This document shows, piece after piece, positions 20,728-37,865 of a stretch of 41,566 nt of DNA; the first letter of the stretch is position 1, and every line of letters starts with the position of its first letter. A model generated the notes under the pieces. That model did no database searches, was not told the DNA's origin, and saw only the letters and a program-made list of their open reading frames with translations. The stretch spans positions 1 to 41,566 of the forward strand of contig NW_005434410.1 in assembly GCF_000315625.1 (NCBI RefSeq). Reading direction: 5' to 3'. Source of the stretch: Guillardia theta CCMP2712 (taxonomy: Eukaryota > Protista > Cryptophyta). The position numbers and the translations under genes were made by a program.

Positions 20728-21996
20728 ATGGCTTATCAACAGCTCTTCCCTGCAGTTGCTGCTTGCGCAGCAGTCATCGCCACTGTTCTCGTCATCTCTA
20801 CCCTGAGGCCTAGACAGGTCTCATACCCACTTGCTGTTCGTTTCCATCTGATCGCTCCTCTCAGTCATCGGTCCTTGCCGCCAACTCGATCTGGGCTGAG
20901 ACTGGCATGACGCCTCCTGTCCCCCACCCCAAGGTCGCTGGGCATGCCCACCATGCGCCAAGACCGCACACCCTCACCGCTGAGGAGTATGAAGGTGCGG
21001 GGATGCTCAGAGTGTGTTGACGAGCTGCCTGTAACAAGAGGAGCTACAGCGATGCACAAGAAGGCGCCCCAAGTCGTTCATGGCAGCAACCGCCTGTTCC
21101 GTGCAGGTGGGGTGACCAACCACTCCAAAGTCGCTCTGACGCCCCTGTGCTCAGCTGCAAAGTCCTGGCAGAAGTGGGAGAACTCCTACTTCCACCCCGC
21201 TGCTGGGATCCCGCTGAACCTCAAGACCCGCACCGGGCTGTATGCCCAGCATACCAAGGTAGGAAACAGCTCCTTCCCTATGAGGTCCTGAGAGCGCTCC
21301 TTGGTAGGTGATGCCCAAGAGAGCCAAGAACGTGGATTCCTGGGAGAATTCTTACTTCCAGCCCATCGGCAAGGGAGCTCAGCCCACTGCCGAGCAGAGG
21401 TGTGCGCGATGAACTGCAGTCGAGGTCCCTTTGCAGTCTGAGGGGATCGTTGTAGGATGGCGCATTTCTCCGGCGCCAAGGGAGCTGTTGCTCACAGCAA
21501 GGTGGCCAACCTCCGCCAGAAGGCTGCCTTGCGCTGGCAGAAGTGGGAGGACTCGAACTTCGGCCACACTCAGGCAAGATGGAGGACGAATTCCCTCGCA
21601 GCCCGTTTGCTGACTCCGAGGCCCCCCAGCAACAAGTTGCGCGTGCTCGCCTCCCTGAGTCTGAGGAGCCGGCCAAGGTGCGGTGGCATGCTTGCTCATA
21701 GTTGGCTCAGCGGCTGAACGCTGTGACAGATGGCAGCGAGACGAGGATCGACCAAGCACAGCAAGAAGCAGAGCATCGTCGACAAGTTGGTCTCTGACAG
21801 CTGGGTAAATTCACCCTGATGATGACGTTTCACTTGTTTCATGACGACATGTCACATTTATCACTTCAATCTCTTGATGACATTTCTCGTTCAAACTCGC
21901 TGTCCTTCATGACACATGTTCTTCCAGGTCAACCATGCTGAGATCGACGACCAGCACAAGCGTCAGCCAGTGAGGTTCATCGACACTCTCAATTAG
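20728..21996 (+). CDS. Small secreted or signal-anchored protein, 8 exons, three WE(N/D)SxF repeats
   Basis: N-terminal hydrophobic AVAACAAVIATVLVISTL. Seven short introns splice into one open frame ending ..QPVRFIDTLN-TAG at 21996. Repeats: KSWQKWENSYFHP, NVDSWENSYFQP, LRWQKWEDSNFGH. Confidence 0.78.
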
Positions 21997-22806
21997 ATTC
22001 AAGTACAGCGATCAAACTCCATCTCTGGTACCTCAATCACCCCGACCCTAGCGCGTTCCTCGACACGAATGCTCTTTGTGAGGAAGCGGCTTTTCGACGC
22101 GATTGAACAATCCCATCTGACGCACGATTTCAATTCCATTCCTGCTCGGCTCGTAACGATGGTTTCCTCCTCTGCTCTTGTCCCCTAGCTGAAAAGCACA
22201 TCCTGTCGCATACTAGCTCCTAGTACCTGTGTGTTTCTCGCGGCTCCTCTCCCCCATCTCTTTGTGGGGGTATATCATCTCCTCCTCCTCCTCCTCCTCC
22301 TCCTCCCCTACACCATCGTACCGTTCTCCTCCTCCTCCTCCCCTACACCATCGTACCCTTCACCTCCTCCTCCTCCCCTTCCTCTCCCTCCTCTCCTCCC
22401 CCATCCCTCCTTGCTGCATCATGCATTGGCCTTGACCGCCCTTGTCAAACTCTGTTCCTGCTTCACCACCCCATCACATTCCCACCCACCCCCTCTGCTT
22501 ACATCACTTATTGTGGTCCTACAACCCGTCTCACGTACCAAACCAAACACCCCCTACCCCCTCCTTTCAAGTCCCCACCCCTCCCACTTCCGGACTCCGG
22601 CACAATGGCGCCTGGGCCCAACAGCCACCTGCGTCGTGCGCCATGACAGAGGGACGTAGCAGACATGAACATCTCAGTCCTCTCCTCTCCTCCTCTCCCT
22701 CCCTCTCCTCCTAGGTAGATTCTCCTGACAAGCCTCCCCTGCCGCAGTGGCTCCTGGACATCTCAACAGCTGTACATACGGGACAACCACCGTCCCTTCC
22801 ACGACG

Positions 22807-25800
22807 ATGCGCCTTCTCCTCTTTTCCCTCCTTCTCTTCAGCTCCCTCCCCATGAGCGTGACGATCGAGCTGTATCCGGAGCTGCTCGGTCTTGCTACTC
22901 CCAGCTCGTGGGTGTCTGCCTCGGGCTGCATTGACCATTCTGAATGTAAGCAAAACGAGTTCTGCAAGATTACCTGGTGCAACTCCTGGGAAGGATGGTT
23001 CTACAAGTGCGGAAACTGCGTCCCGTGCTCCCAGTGCCTCTGCAACGAAGACAGCATCACGCAGGCCTGCCCCTCTGACAGGTGCCCCGCTCAGCCTGCC
23101 GAGTCCGTACGCTACCTGCAGGGCAGGTTCAGCAGCACGCATCCGATACCTGGAACCAACTACTCGTGCGTGTTCGCCATTAAGTTCGAGGGCCTGCTGT
23201 TCGAGCACGTGCAAGTCGCTGTAGAGAACAGGAGCAACGTCGTCACCCCCACCACCATCCCTGTCGCGACATGCGCGAGGTTTCAGGGCAAGGGGATATT
23301 CAACCTGTCCCAGACGAGCCTCTCCTTCTTTTACACGGAAGGTAAGGCGATCCCCTCCTCTCCTCGCAAGCATGCTCTTGTCCTCTCCCCTCCTCTTGAG
23401 CATGCTCTCGTCCTGTCCTGTCCTCCCGAGCAGTTGCTTGACTGACTGGCTGACGTCTGCTCAGGGGACTACAAACCCTTCCAATGGCACAAGGGTAGCT
23501 TCTGGAACAACTGCTCCGCTGGTTTCAGAATCTTCCTCACAAGCCCTACCGGCCTCCCTCTCAACTACTCGCTCACCCCCGCCCCTGGAACGAGAGCTGC
23601 ATGGCATGACGCCAGCGTGCAGCCTGTGTTGGGGAGCGCAGGAGCGATCGTCGGGACGTGGAAGTCGCGAGCGCTCTTCGAGGGGACGTACTGCGAGCTA
23701 GTCACTGAGATACTCCCCCTGCAGGGTTCCAACTTCCACCAGCACAACTTCCACCTGCTGAACTGCAGCTCAACCAAGCGCGGCTTCACTCTCACTAAGG
23801 TCGGCAGAGACCCTCCAGCTGGTAAGAGTACGGCAAGGAAGCTGTTGAGCGAGGGTGGCAGCACCAACGGAGACGCTGGGGCCGCAGGGGGGATGGAGAG
23901 CAAGAGCAGGAAGGGGGTAGAGGGAGGAAGAGATCCTGATGCATCAAGGTCGAGCGTGCAGCTACGAGCGACCACCACGATGCCAGTCGAAGTGATCGAG
24001 GCGGCGGCAGAGGCAGGAGGAGGGAACGTAACGTCAGGAGCGATCCAGGTCAGCACGCCAACTTCCTCCTCCCCTGTCTACAGGACGTGGCTGATCAAAC
24101 CGACAAGCTCGCCTAGACTAATCGGTGAGAAATTGATGCGGCATCTGCCTCCTCCTCTGATCCTTCCCTCCTCCAGCTCTTCAGATCTCCATGACAGGGT
24201 CGCTCTTGGCTTCGGACTACATCAACATCTCTGCTGCCCTTCCTGCGGCTCTCAACGCCGACCTCTCTTGGTCCACGACCCTCCTTCCTGGTGTTCAGTG
24301 CGGGACACCTTGCACTTCGCAAGCTACAAGTGCCTACCCAACCTTCTGCAGAGTTCAGACCTGCAGGAAGGTAGCATACAGTCGGGGGCTTTCCAAGGCT
24401 TTCCTCACGAGCTCCAACTTCAAGAACGGTCAGATCGTGAACGTCACATATAGGGCTACAAACCTGGAAGAGGCTGACATCGGGCTGCTGATCCAATCTC
24501 TCGTCTCCAGCCCTTCAGCTAGTTTCACCTTCACCTTCACAGCCTACTCCAAGAACGCCGTCTGCCAGATCGGCCAGTATACTGAGCCGTCCAAGCTGGG
24601 TCTGCGGTGGACCATTCCCCCGTACCTCACCAAGAGCCTTGCAGAGGCGTGGGTTGTTGACTACGTCAACCAGACCTCGGCCACGTTCTGGTCGGACTGC
24701 AGCGACTGTGCGCAAGGCAACACGACCTTGTACTTTGCGGACAACGGCGGGGAGCAGGCATGCGGGACAATCTGCCCGGCAGGGATGTACTCGGCAACTG
24801 GGTTGAACCCTTGCTTAGACTGTCCTGTTGGGACTTACCAACCTGTGCGCGCTGGAACCAAGTGCATGCCCTGCCCCTCCTCCTACTCGACGGCAGACAA
24901 GAACGCGATCTCCCGCGACCAGTGCTTCTATGCCATCGTGCTGCTGGAGAGAGTGTGGAGGAGCGGGCAGATACTCAAGTTCGTGGTCTACTGGCAGTTC
25001 ACCACCAACATCGCGTTCCCTCCCAACAAGGTCTCCATCTACAAGGACGGCAGACAGCTCGCCTGGTTTTCGACTGTCCTCTACCCTGACCCTGCTCCAA
25101 GTGGCTACAGCGGGTCCAACACCCTCGAGTCAGAGTCGGCCGGCCTCGGCAACTACACGCTGCTGCTCTATAGCTCCATGGACAACTTCTCGAACCCGGC
25201 GATCAACGTGGCGGGAGGCGCCATCGTCGCGTCGTACACCTTCCTCATCCAGAACGAGATCCTCACCGACTCCTGTCTCGGCAGCGACCCCCTCACCTGC
25301 ATCCCAGCTGACGTCGGCAAGAGCATCAACTCCTCCGGCGTCCTATGTTCCAGCGGCTACCTTGCCCGCATCCTCAACCTCCGCTTCTGCCCCCCCTGCT
25401 CCCCTGGGAACGCTGGTGTGCTCTTCTGCGCCCCCTGCCCTGTCGGCTTCTACGCTGACACCGCGGGCCTCTCGAGCTGCACCCCCTGCCCCGTCATCAA
25501 CGGCATTCCCTATGCCACCGCCTTCGAGGGCGCTGGGGCCTCTTGCTCGGGTCAGGCATGCTGCCAGCCCTGCCCAACTCTCATCCAGCTGGGCTTCAAC
25601 CCTATCCAGTGCCGGCAGAACACAGCACAGGCCACGACGGCAGCCCCGACAACGGCAGCCCCGACGACGAGGCCTGTCACGACCACGACCCGAGCTGCAG
25701 TAATCGAGACTACCGAGATTGCTACGACTCCTGCTCCAACCACCACCGCAGTGCTCGCCACCCCAGCGCCGGTCGCCTTCTGCGGGGACGGGGTGAGGCA

Positions 25801-28800
25801 GGAGAGGGAGACGGGCTGCTGGTCGGCAGCGTATGGGGGGATGAGACTCTGCGAGGATCCGGCGATCATGCTGGGGAACGACCTGAGGTGGCACTTGAGG
25901 GAGGAGTGTGACGACGGGAACAGGATCGATGGCGACGGCTGCTCGGCCAACTGCACGGTTGAGCTGGGGTTCGGCTGCTTTGGAAGCTCGCCGGATGTTT
26001 GCAGGTATCCGACCAGGAGCGACCAGTTCCTGACCATGGCGGCGCTGCTGGGCAGCTTGTCCGGGATCTCCTCAGCTGAGACCGTGCTGGCCAACACGAC
26101 GGATGTGGGGAGGCTTAACTTGCACCTCTTCGAGATGCTGGGGTTGCAGGCGACCTTTCGAGCGATCTACCAGACGTCCTTGCAAGATCGGCTCACCAAC
26201 GAGGCCGCAAACGTGGCCCTGAACCCCTTCGGCTGCCCCTGCCAGCAGGGGTACCAGGAGATCATGGAGCAAAGCGGGAGGGTGGGGGTCCCAGCTGGGG
26301 TCTTCGTGAACTCCGGCAGATGCCAGTGGCGGGTCGCCCCGGTCAACGCGAGCACAGTCACCCTCTACCTCCAACACCACATGAGGAAGGTTGAACTGCT
26401 GATGCTGCGACGTCCTGCCTTGTGCTCTTGCTCTCCCTCGCTCCCCTACTTCCTCTCGCTCCCACCTCCCTCCCTTCTCCTGCTCCCTCCCTCTCCTCTC
26501 TTCCTGATCTCCCCCACCCCTGACTCCACCCGCTTTCCTTCCTCCCCTTGCTATCTCCCCGCCCCCCCCCCCCCCGTCCTCCCTCCCTGTCTCCGCTGCT
26601 CTGCTCTCCTCGCTGACGCCTTGTGTGTACCTTCAGAACGAGTGGCTGGAGATCATGGACAGCGGTATCTACCCCCAAGACCAGCAGGTCCCCAGCAGCA
26701 ACTGCTACCCCTGCAAATTCGTGGGCAAGTCCAACGTGTCAGCAGTCACAGTCCACGTGATTACCTTCTCCCTCCACCTGCGACTGACTCCTGACGGCCG
26801 ATGGCAGGTCGGTAGCTTCTTCACTGCCACCTTCTACTACAGCGAGATGAAGGAGGTGGAGCAGCGGTACTCGTGGGAGGACGTGTTCAACCTGACCTTC
26901 TTCGCCAACGGCACCAGCTCGTTCCCCGACACGCTCCCCTACCTCCTCGAGGCGGTGCGGGAGGCTGCTGACGTCAACATGACCAACACTTCTGGTCAGC
27001 CTCCTCCCCCAGCTACGACCCCACCAGACTCGCTGGTCATGAAAGTCGGGGAGGCGGTAGATAGCTGGACTTACCCCTGCCAGTTCGGCAGTACCAATGG
27101 GACGCAGCCACTGGGGGTGACCGAGTTTCTGTTCCGGCGGCACGAGGACAGCTGGGAGGATTTCACGGGGGAGTGGGAGGGGCAGACGTACGCGGACGGG
27201 AACAGGGACGGCCTGTTTGACAACGTCGGGAGGGTGAGGTGTGGTGAGGTCGGGTTTATCAGACAGCAAGATCAAGTGTACCAGCCCGATCACTGCATGA
27301 CGCTGTGCGTTCAGGATGCTGCCTGCTCGTTCGCAAGCTACAACGACAAGTTCTTCACCTGCATCCTCCTCCGCTCCTGCCAGCTGGAACCGTCGTTCAA
27401 CGCGCAGGACCCCATCATCTACAAGAAGAAAGAGGGGGTCCACAACCTGCTGTGCATGCTCAAGGTCTCTGTGGTGGGCCTTCGAATCTCGGTGCACGTG
27501 CATGGATGCGACGGCAAGGAGGATGGAGTGCGGAGGAGCGCGCACGAGGGCTGGGCGACGGGATACATCTTCCCCCTGCCGGTGAGGAAGAGGAGGGTTG
27601 GGAGCAGGAGCAGGAGCAGGAGCAGAAGCAGGGGCAGGGGCAGGAGAAGGAGCAGTAGCAGTAGCAGTAGCAGTAGCAGGAGCAGGAGCAGAAGCAGGAG
27701 CAGTAGCAGTAGCAGGGGCAGGGGCAGAAGCAGGAGCGGGAGCAGGAGCGGGAGCGGGAGCAGAGGGAGCTATGGTGGAAGAAGAGCTAGAGATGGAGAG
27801 AGGAGAGGCGGAGAGGAGAGGCAGGGAGGAGAGGCTGACAACGACGACAGGACGGAGCCACTCCTTGCAACCAGGGAAGGGACCCCATCCCCTGCCGTTT
27901 CATCGACCCGATCTCGAAGTTCCAGTACTGGGGCTACGTGCCCTTCAGCATTGTGTTCTCCTCCTCCTCCTCCATCTTGGCGGTCGGGGACGTGTACAAT
28001 GCCATCCTGACCCGCTCGCTCAACGACGTCATTGACGTCTTCCAGCTGTCTGTATCGAGGGAGTGGCAGCTGCAGATCTACATGCCCCTCTCCCTCGTCA
28101 ACTCCCAGAACTACCCGCAGGTCAACAACGTCCTCTTCCCCTTCGTCCAGCAGCCCTCCAATGCCACCCTATGGAACCTTAAGCCCACATCAGCGGTGAG
28201 GGTGGGAGGAGGGTGGAGGGTGGAGGGAGGAGGGAGGAGGGAGGAGGAGGGTAAAGGGGGTAAGGAGGACAAGGCCGAAGGTGGACTCGTGAAGCGAGAC
28301 AAGGGAGAAGAGAGGGAAGTAGTAGGATGAGGATACTGGGTGTTTGGAGGAGGGAGGAGGGAGGAGGGAGGAGGGAGGAGGGAGGAGGGAGAGGAGGACC
28401 AGGAGGGAGGAGGGAGAGGAGGACCAGGAAGAGGAGGAGGAGGAGGACTAGGAAGAGGAGGAGGAGGACCAGGAAGAGGAGGAGGAGGACTAGCAAGAGG
28501 AGGAGGAGGACCAGGAAGAGGAGGAGGAGGACCAGGAAGAGGAGGAGGAAGGCTCAGTGCTGACGGGAGGGAGCAGGCGGAATTAAGGTTCCAAGTGCAG
28601 GAGATCGATCAGAAGGGTTTCCTGCAGCAGCTCAACGTCTACAGGACCTGCAACGACTCCTTATCGACCCTCCGCCAGTTCGCCAGCAGGACTCCGGACT
28701 GCCTCCTCATCTTCTCCAGCATCTTCCGAGCTGACGGGACCATCGGGCCCAGCAGGGTCGACTCGGCAACCATGGACAAGATATGTCAGAGCTCCTGCTA

Positions 28801-29174
28801 CCAGGACTTCAAGGCTGTGAGTTGCACCTCCCTCCGTCCCACTCATCCTCCCGTCCTCCCGTCCTCCCGTCCTCCCGTCCTCCCGTCCTCCCGTCCTCCC
28901 ATCTACCCATCTCCTCCTCGTCCCCACGTCCCTCCTCTCCTCCTCTCCTCCTCTCCTACTCCCTCCTCCCCTCTCCGTCTCGGTCTTCCTCCTGCTCTCC
29001 GACTGATTGACTGCTCTGCTAGACGCTGGAGGCCTCAGCTCTCAAGTGCTCTGCCGCCTGGAAGTCAACGGACTCTTCTTTCTTCTCCTTCCTGCCCGGC
29101 CTCTCCATCCCGGTCGTCAACGAGCAGTCGATCATGACGAGGAGGATACTGGGGAAGGTGAGCCAAACAGAGGC

Positions 29175-29217
<43 letters not shown>

Positions 29218-31297
29218 ATCGCTCTTACCTCCTTCTATTCCTTACTCTCCCCTGCTTCCAAGATGTCCTGTTTCATTCCTCCGCGTCCTTGGCCTCATCC
29301 CTTTTCTTTCTCCTCCTCCCCACCCTCTCCCGTTCCCTCTTCATTCTCTTCTTCCTCTTCCTCTCCCTCTCCCTCCTCTCCCTCCTTGTCCTCCTCGTCC
29401 TCGTCCTCTCCCTCTCCTTCCTCTCATCTTCTCCGCAGCTGCTTGATCTCACGGACGCTCTCTTCAACATCTCAACAATCTGCTTCGGCAACGAGAAAGG
29501 GCAGCGCTGTGTCCAGCCCCTGCTTGAGAGCAGGTCGGAGCTGGGCTCTTGCCCAGTGTCCTCCCTCCTCTCCTCCCCCTCCTCCTCCTCCCTCTTCTCC
29601 TCCGTCCCCTCACTAGCGGAGGAGATTCAAAACCCTCCCTTCAACTTTGCAGGCTCTCCCACCTGCCCCTCCACCTGCTCTTCCAGCCTGAACGCGTTCT
29701 TCATCCTCGACGGCTGCTGCTCCTCCACCGTCAACGAGGCGACGAGGAGCTGGTGGGACTTGGTTGGCCACGACCTCTCCCCCTCCTTCATCTTGCAGGA
29801 CCCCAGCAGGAGGGGCAACTTGTTCTTCCAGAAGCCGCAGGCCTGCGGCGGGAGCTACGTCTCCATGGACTGTGCCGCGGGGCAGTGCGGCAACAAGAAC
29901 CTTCCTGCTGTCTGCTGCAACGTCACGTGCGCGGGAGGAGGAGTCAAGAGCTACCTGAGCGCGTGCTCCTGCTCCTGCCCCGAGAAGCTCACGGGCAAGC
30001 TCTGCAACGAGTCGAACACGCACGTCCTTGCTGAGTTCAACATCATCGGCATCAGCGTTAGTGACTTCTCGTTGGAGGGGAACCAGGTCAGTCGCTCTAC
30101 CCGCCCCCTCCTCTCCCTGCCCGCTCCTCCCTGCTTCTTCCAACATTCCTACCTCTCCCTGTCCCCTTTCTTCTCCCCTTGTCGCTGTGGGCTGGTGCCC
30201 TCTCTCCAAACTTCACTGCCCCCTCCTCATCTCCCCTCCTCCCTCCCCTCTCCTTCCACATCTCCCTCTGCTCCCTCGTCTCTCTCTCCCCCATTTCTTC
30301 CCCCCCCTCCCCTTTCCTCACTTTCCCTCCAGGCGTTGTTCATGGCCATCTTGGCTGAAGTCGCCGGCGTCGACCCCAGCAAGGTCGAGATCGACAGCTT
30401 CGTACCTTTTCCACGTCGCCGCAAACTTTCTCACCTCGGCCAGCTCTCCCCCAGCAGCAGCCTCCCTCCCTCTCAGCTCCTCCAGACCGAGCAGCAGGGG
30501 GTCACGATCAGGTTCCGCGTCATCATGCCGTCGGAGAGGGAGGCAGTGCGTGTCGCTCAGATCGTCGTCGAGGGTGACAAATCTCAGTCTCTTGTCGATA
30601 AGCTGAAGGTGCCATCCCCCTACCCCCGCCCTCCCTCACGCTCTCCCCGCAGGCCCTCGGTGACGTCACGCTCAGCCTCGCCTTCCTCCCCAAGGCCTTC
30701 GCAGCCAACGGGGGTCAGCTGTGCGACGACATCCTGTACAAGTGCAACGTGACGGGAGGAGCGACGGCCAACGGCACCTCCTCCTCCTCTTCCTCCTCCT
30801 CCTCCTCCTTCAACGTCCTCCACGTCGTCTATCCGCTCGTTGGCGTGCTAGGAGGAGCGCTGGTGCTCTGCATGGCCTACCCCTTCCTCGTCAAAGGCTG
30901 CGGGTGGCTGAGGCCCCGAGCAGACGCGATGTGGAAGAAGCTCGACGTCGAGGGGCGGGTGGAGGCGTACAGGGAGGACATGCGGATCTCTACACAGGAG
31001 AAGGAGAAGAAGAAGAAGAAGAAGCAGCAGAAGACGTTTGTGGAAGATCGATGGTCCCTCAACAACGTTTTCAGCAGCGGAGCCACAAGCTCGGCCAAGC
31101 AGCACCAGCACGAGGCCCCCAAGGCCTACATCATGGTTTCCGGCAAGGCCATGTGGCCGTCAGCATCGATATGGAGCCCCGAGGATCACGGAGGAGGAGG
31201 AGGAGAGACGATCGGGTTCATCGAGAGCTCGGCTAAGCCACAGCACATCACCTTTGACCTGGGGCAGGTGGAGGAGGGAGAGAAGGGGAGGAGATGA
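22807..31297 (+). CDS. Very large Cys-rich type I membrane/cell-surface protein (ephrin-receptor-like/GCC repeats, Thr-rich stalk, Myxococcus-type Cys repeat, CUB-like, PAN/apple-like, EGF-like, TM, cytoplasmic tail)
   Basis: Signal peptide MRLLLFSLLLFSSLPMSVT. CPAGMYSATGLNPCLDCPVGTYQPVRAGTKCMPCP; CPVGFYADTAGLSSCTPCP; FCGDG..EECDDGNRIDGDGCSANCTVE; CQWRVAP..VTL..WLEI; HCMTLCVQDAACSFASY..CIL; CSCSCPEKLTGKLCN; TM VVYPLVGVLGGALVLCMAYPFLV. Exons checked join in frame over GT-AG introns. Could be more than one gene. Confidence 0.8.
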
Positions 31298-31497
31298 AGG
31301 GGATGATGATGAGGATGATGATGATGATGATGAGGATGATGATGATGTAGAGGCGTGAGGTCGGAAGATATTGAGATGAGATGTGCTGTTTTCATCTCTA
31401 CCATTTGTTTCATGTTGATCTGAATGTTAAAGTTATAAAATGACTGAAGTGGAACGAGACGCCATCCTCCTGCTCCTGCTCCTGCTCCTCCTCCTCG

Positions 31498-36039
<4,542 letters not shown>

Positions 36040-37149
36040 GGCCTCAAGTTACTCTCCACTGGTGCTCAGGTTGTTCCGCACAACCAGCGCCTAGCCCAGC
36101 GCAGCTTCTGAACCACCCGCGTGACCCTCGGTCCTCATGGCAGCGCTGGGCAAAAACGAGTCGAAGGCGTGCTAGAGAGCACGGGAGGAGAGAGGAAAGT
36201 AGAAAGTTGATCGATATCTGCTGCCTAAATCGCTTCTATCATGCACACATTCACTCCTGCCTCCTGCTTATTCTGTTCCTTACCCTGGTCCTTCTTCAGC
36301 TCCTGTGCTCATTCCCTGTCCTCAATCTGTCTCTGTCCCTGATCAGCTTCTCCTGCTCCCATTCCCTGCTCCTCCACGCCTACGCTCGCTCTGCCATCCC
36401 CTAAGAAGCGGCCCTCATCCCCATCAACATACATCATCGCCCTCATATCCTTCGGGTCCCCTCTTCCCCACATCCGCCCACCTCAAATGAAATTTCCCAT
36501 GGTTCGTGTAGTAATATTCGAAAACACTCGATTCCACTTATGCAGGAACCGTACGCGACTCTTTCAGTAGTAAACCATAGCTGGAAAGTGTCGGGTGGTG
36601 GGGTACTTTTGGTGACTTCTGGGGTGCGGGGGTAGTGTCAGACGATGCCTTTTTGATTGTGACATGGGTAGGGTTAGTTATCTAGGGGTACTTTGGTAGT
36701 AAAATCAGAGGAGTGGTGGGGTAGTAGGTACACCAAATGGAAATTCTAGATGAAGATTGCTAGGGGTGGTGCATCTGTGGTGCAAAAGGTGCGCAGGGGG
36801 GGTGGTGTAAAAGATAATTTAGATGAGGGAGGAGTTTGATCTTGAGATGAGGGGTCCTATAGGTCAATCTAGGGGGTGGTAGTGTTCACGGGGAATTTCC
36901 GGATCACCGAGGGGTGGGTGGTAATGAATTGGGGTGGGTAGACAAGAAGCTGGGGGGGTAGAAAGTTATAAATAGGGTGGGTCCAGACCCAGAGAAAGCA
37001 TGACCCATGCAATATTTTCAGTACCCTACCATAGTCAGGTTATCAATTATAGAAAATACCGGTACTATCATCACCCCCACCCCTCTTTTCGACCCCAAAC
37101 ATTCCGATGACCGCGGACCTGCTAATTCTATCAGCGTCCATCCCATTCC

Positions 37150-37525
37150 CCCCCCCCTGCTACCCCTGCTGCTCCTCTCCCTCCCTCCCTCCCCTCCTCC
37201 CCCTCCTCCCCTCCTCCCCTCCTCCCCAACCCAATCTCCCTCCCCTATCTCCCTCCCTGTCTCCCTCCCTGTCTCCCTCCCTCTCTACTCCTTCCCTGTC
37301 TCCCTCCCTCCCTCCCTCCCTGTCTCCCTCTCTACTCCCTCCCTGTCTCCCCTCCCTGTCTCCCTCTCTACTCCCTCCCTGTCTCCCTCCCTGTCTCCCT
37401 CCCTGTCTCCCTCTCTACTCCCTCCCTGTCTCCCTCTCTGCTCCCTCCCTGTCTCCCTCCCTCCCTGTCTCCCTCCCTCCCTCGTCCCTCCCTATCTTCG
37501 TCCCTATCTCCCTCCCTCCCTCTCC
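37150..37525. repeat. Polypyrimidine (CTCCCTGT/CTCC)n tract upstream of the cyclase
   Basis: Directly visible. Confidence 0.9.
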
Positions 37526-37865
37526 TTCATAATTGCTTGCACGCGTATTTCCCATCTGCTCAGAGTGCCACTGGATTCACTTCTTAACGAGCCAAACCCT
37601 GCACGAAGGCTAATCGACTCTCCTTCTCCCACTCTCAGCACCAGCACAAAGGCCGCTGAGCCTGTGATCCAATCCCAACTTCTGCTGCTGGCATTTCCTC
37701 CCGCCCTGGGCAGATCAGCAGGCGGGACTAACTCGAATCTCAACAGATGCCGGTCCATGGACGAGCTTTGGATTAATTCCTTGACAGCTTTCCAATCAAA
37801 TTCATGCACGCTGCTGAGACGCTTGCATCGCCCGTTAGCTTGAACCTCTGATCACCTTGTCAACA

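Noticed and set aside
37007-37843. 278-aa Pro/Ser/Leu-rich ORF
   Set aside because: Mostly a polypyrimidine repeat; only its last part could be a 5' exon of the cyclase.
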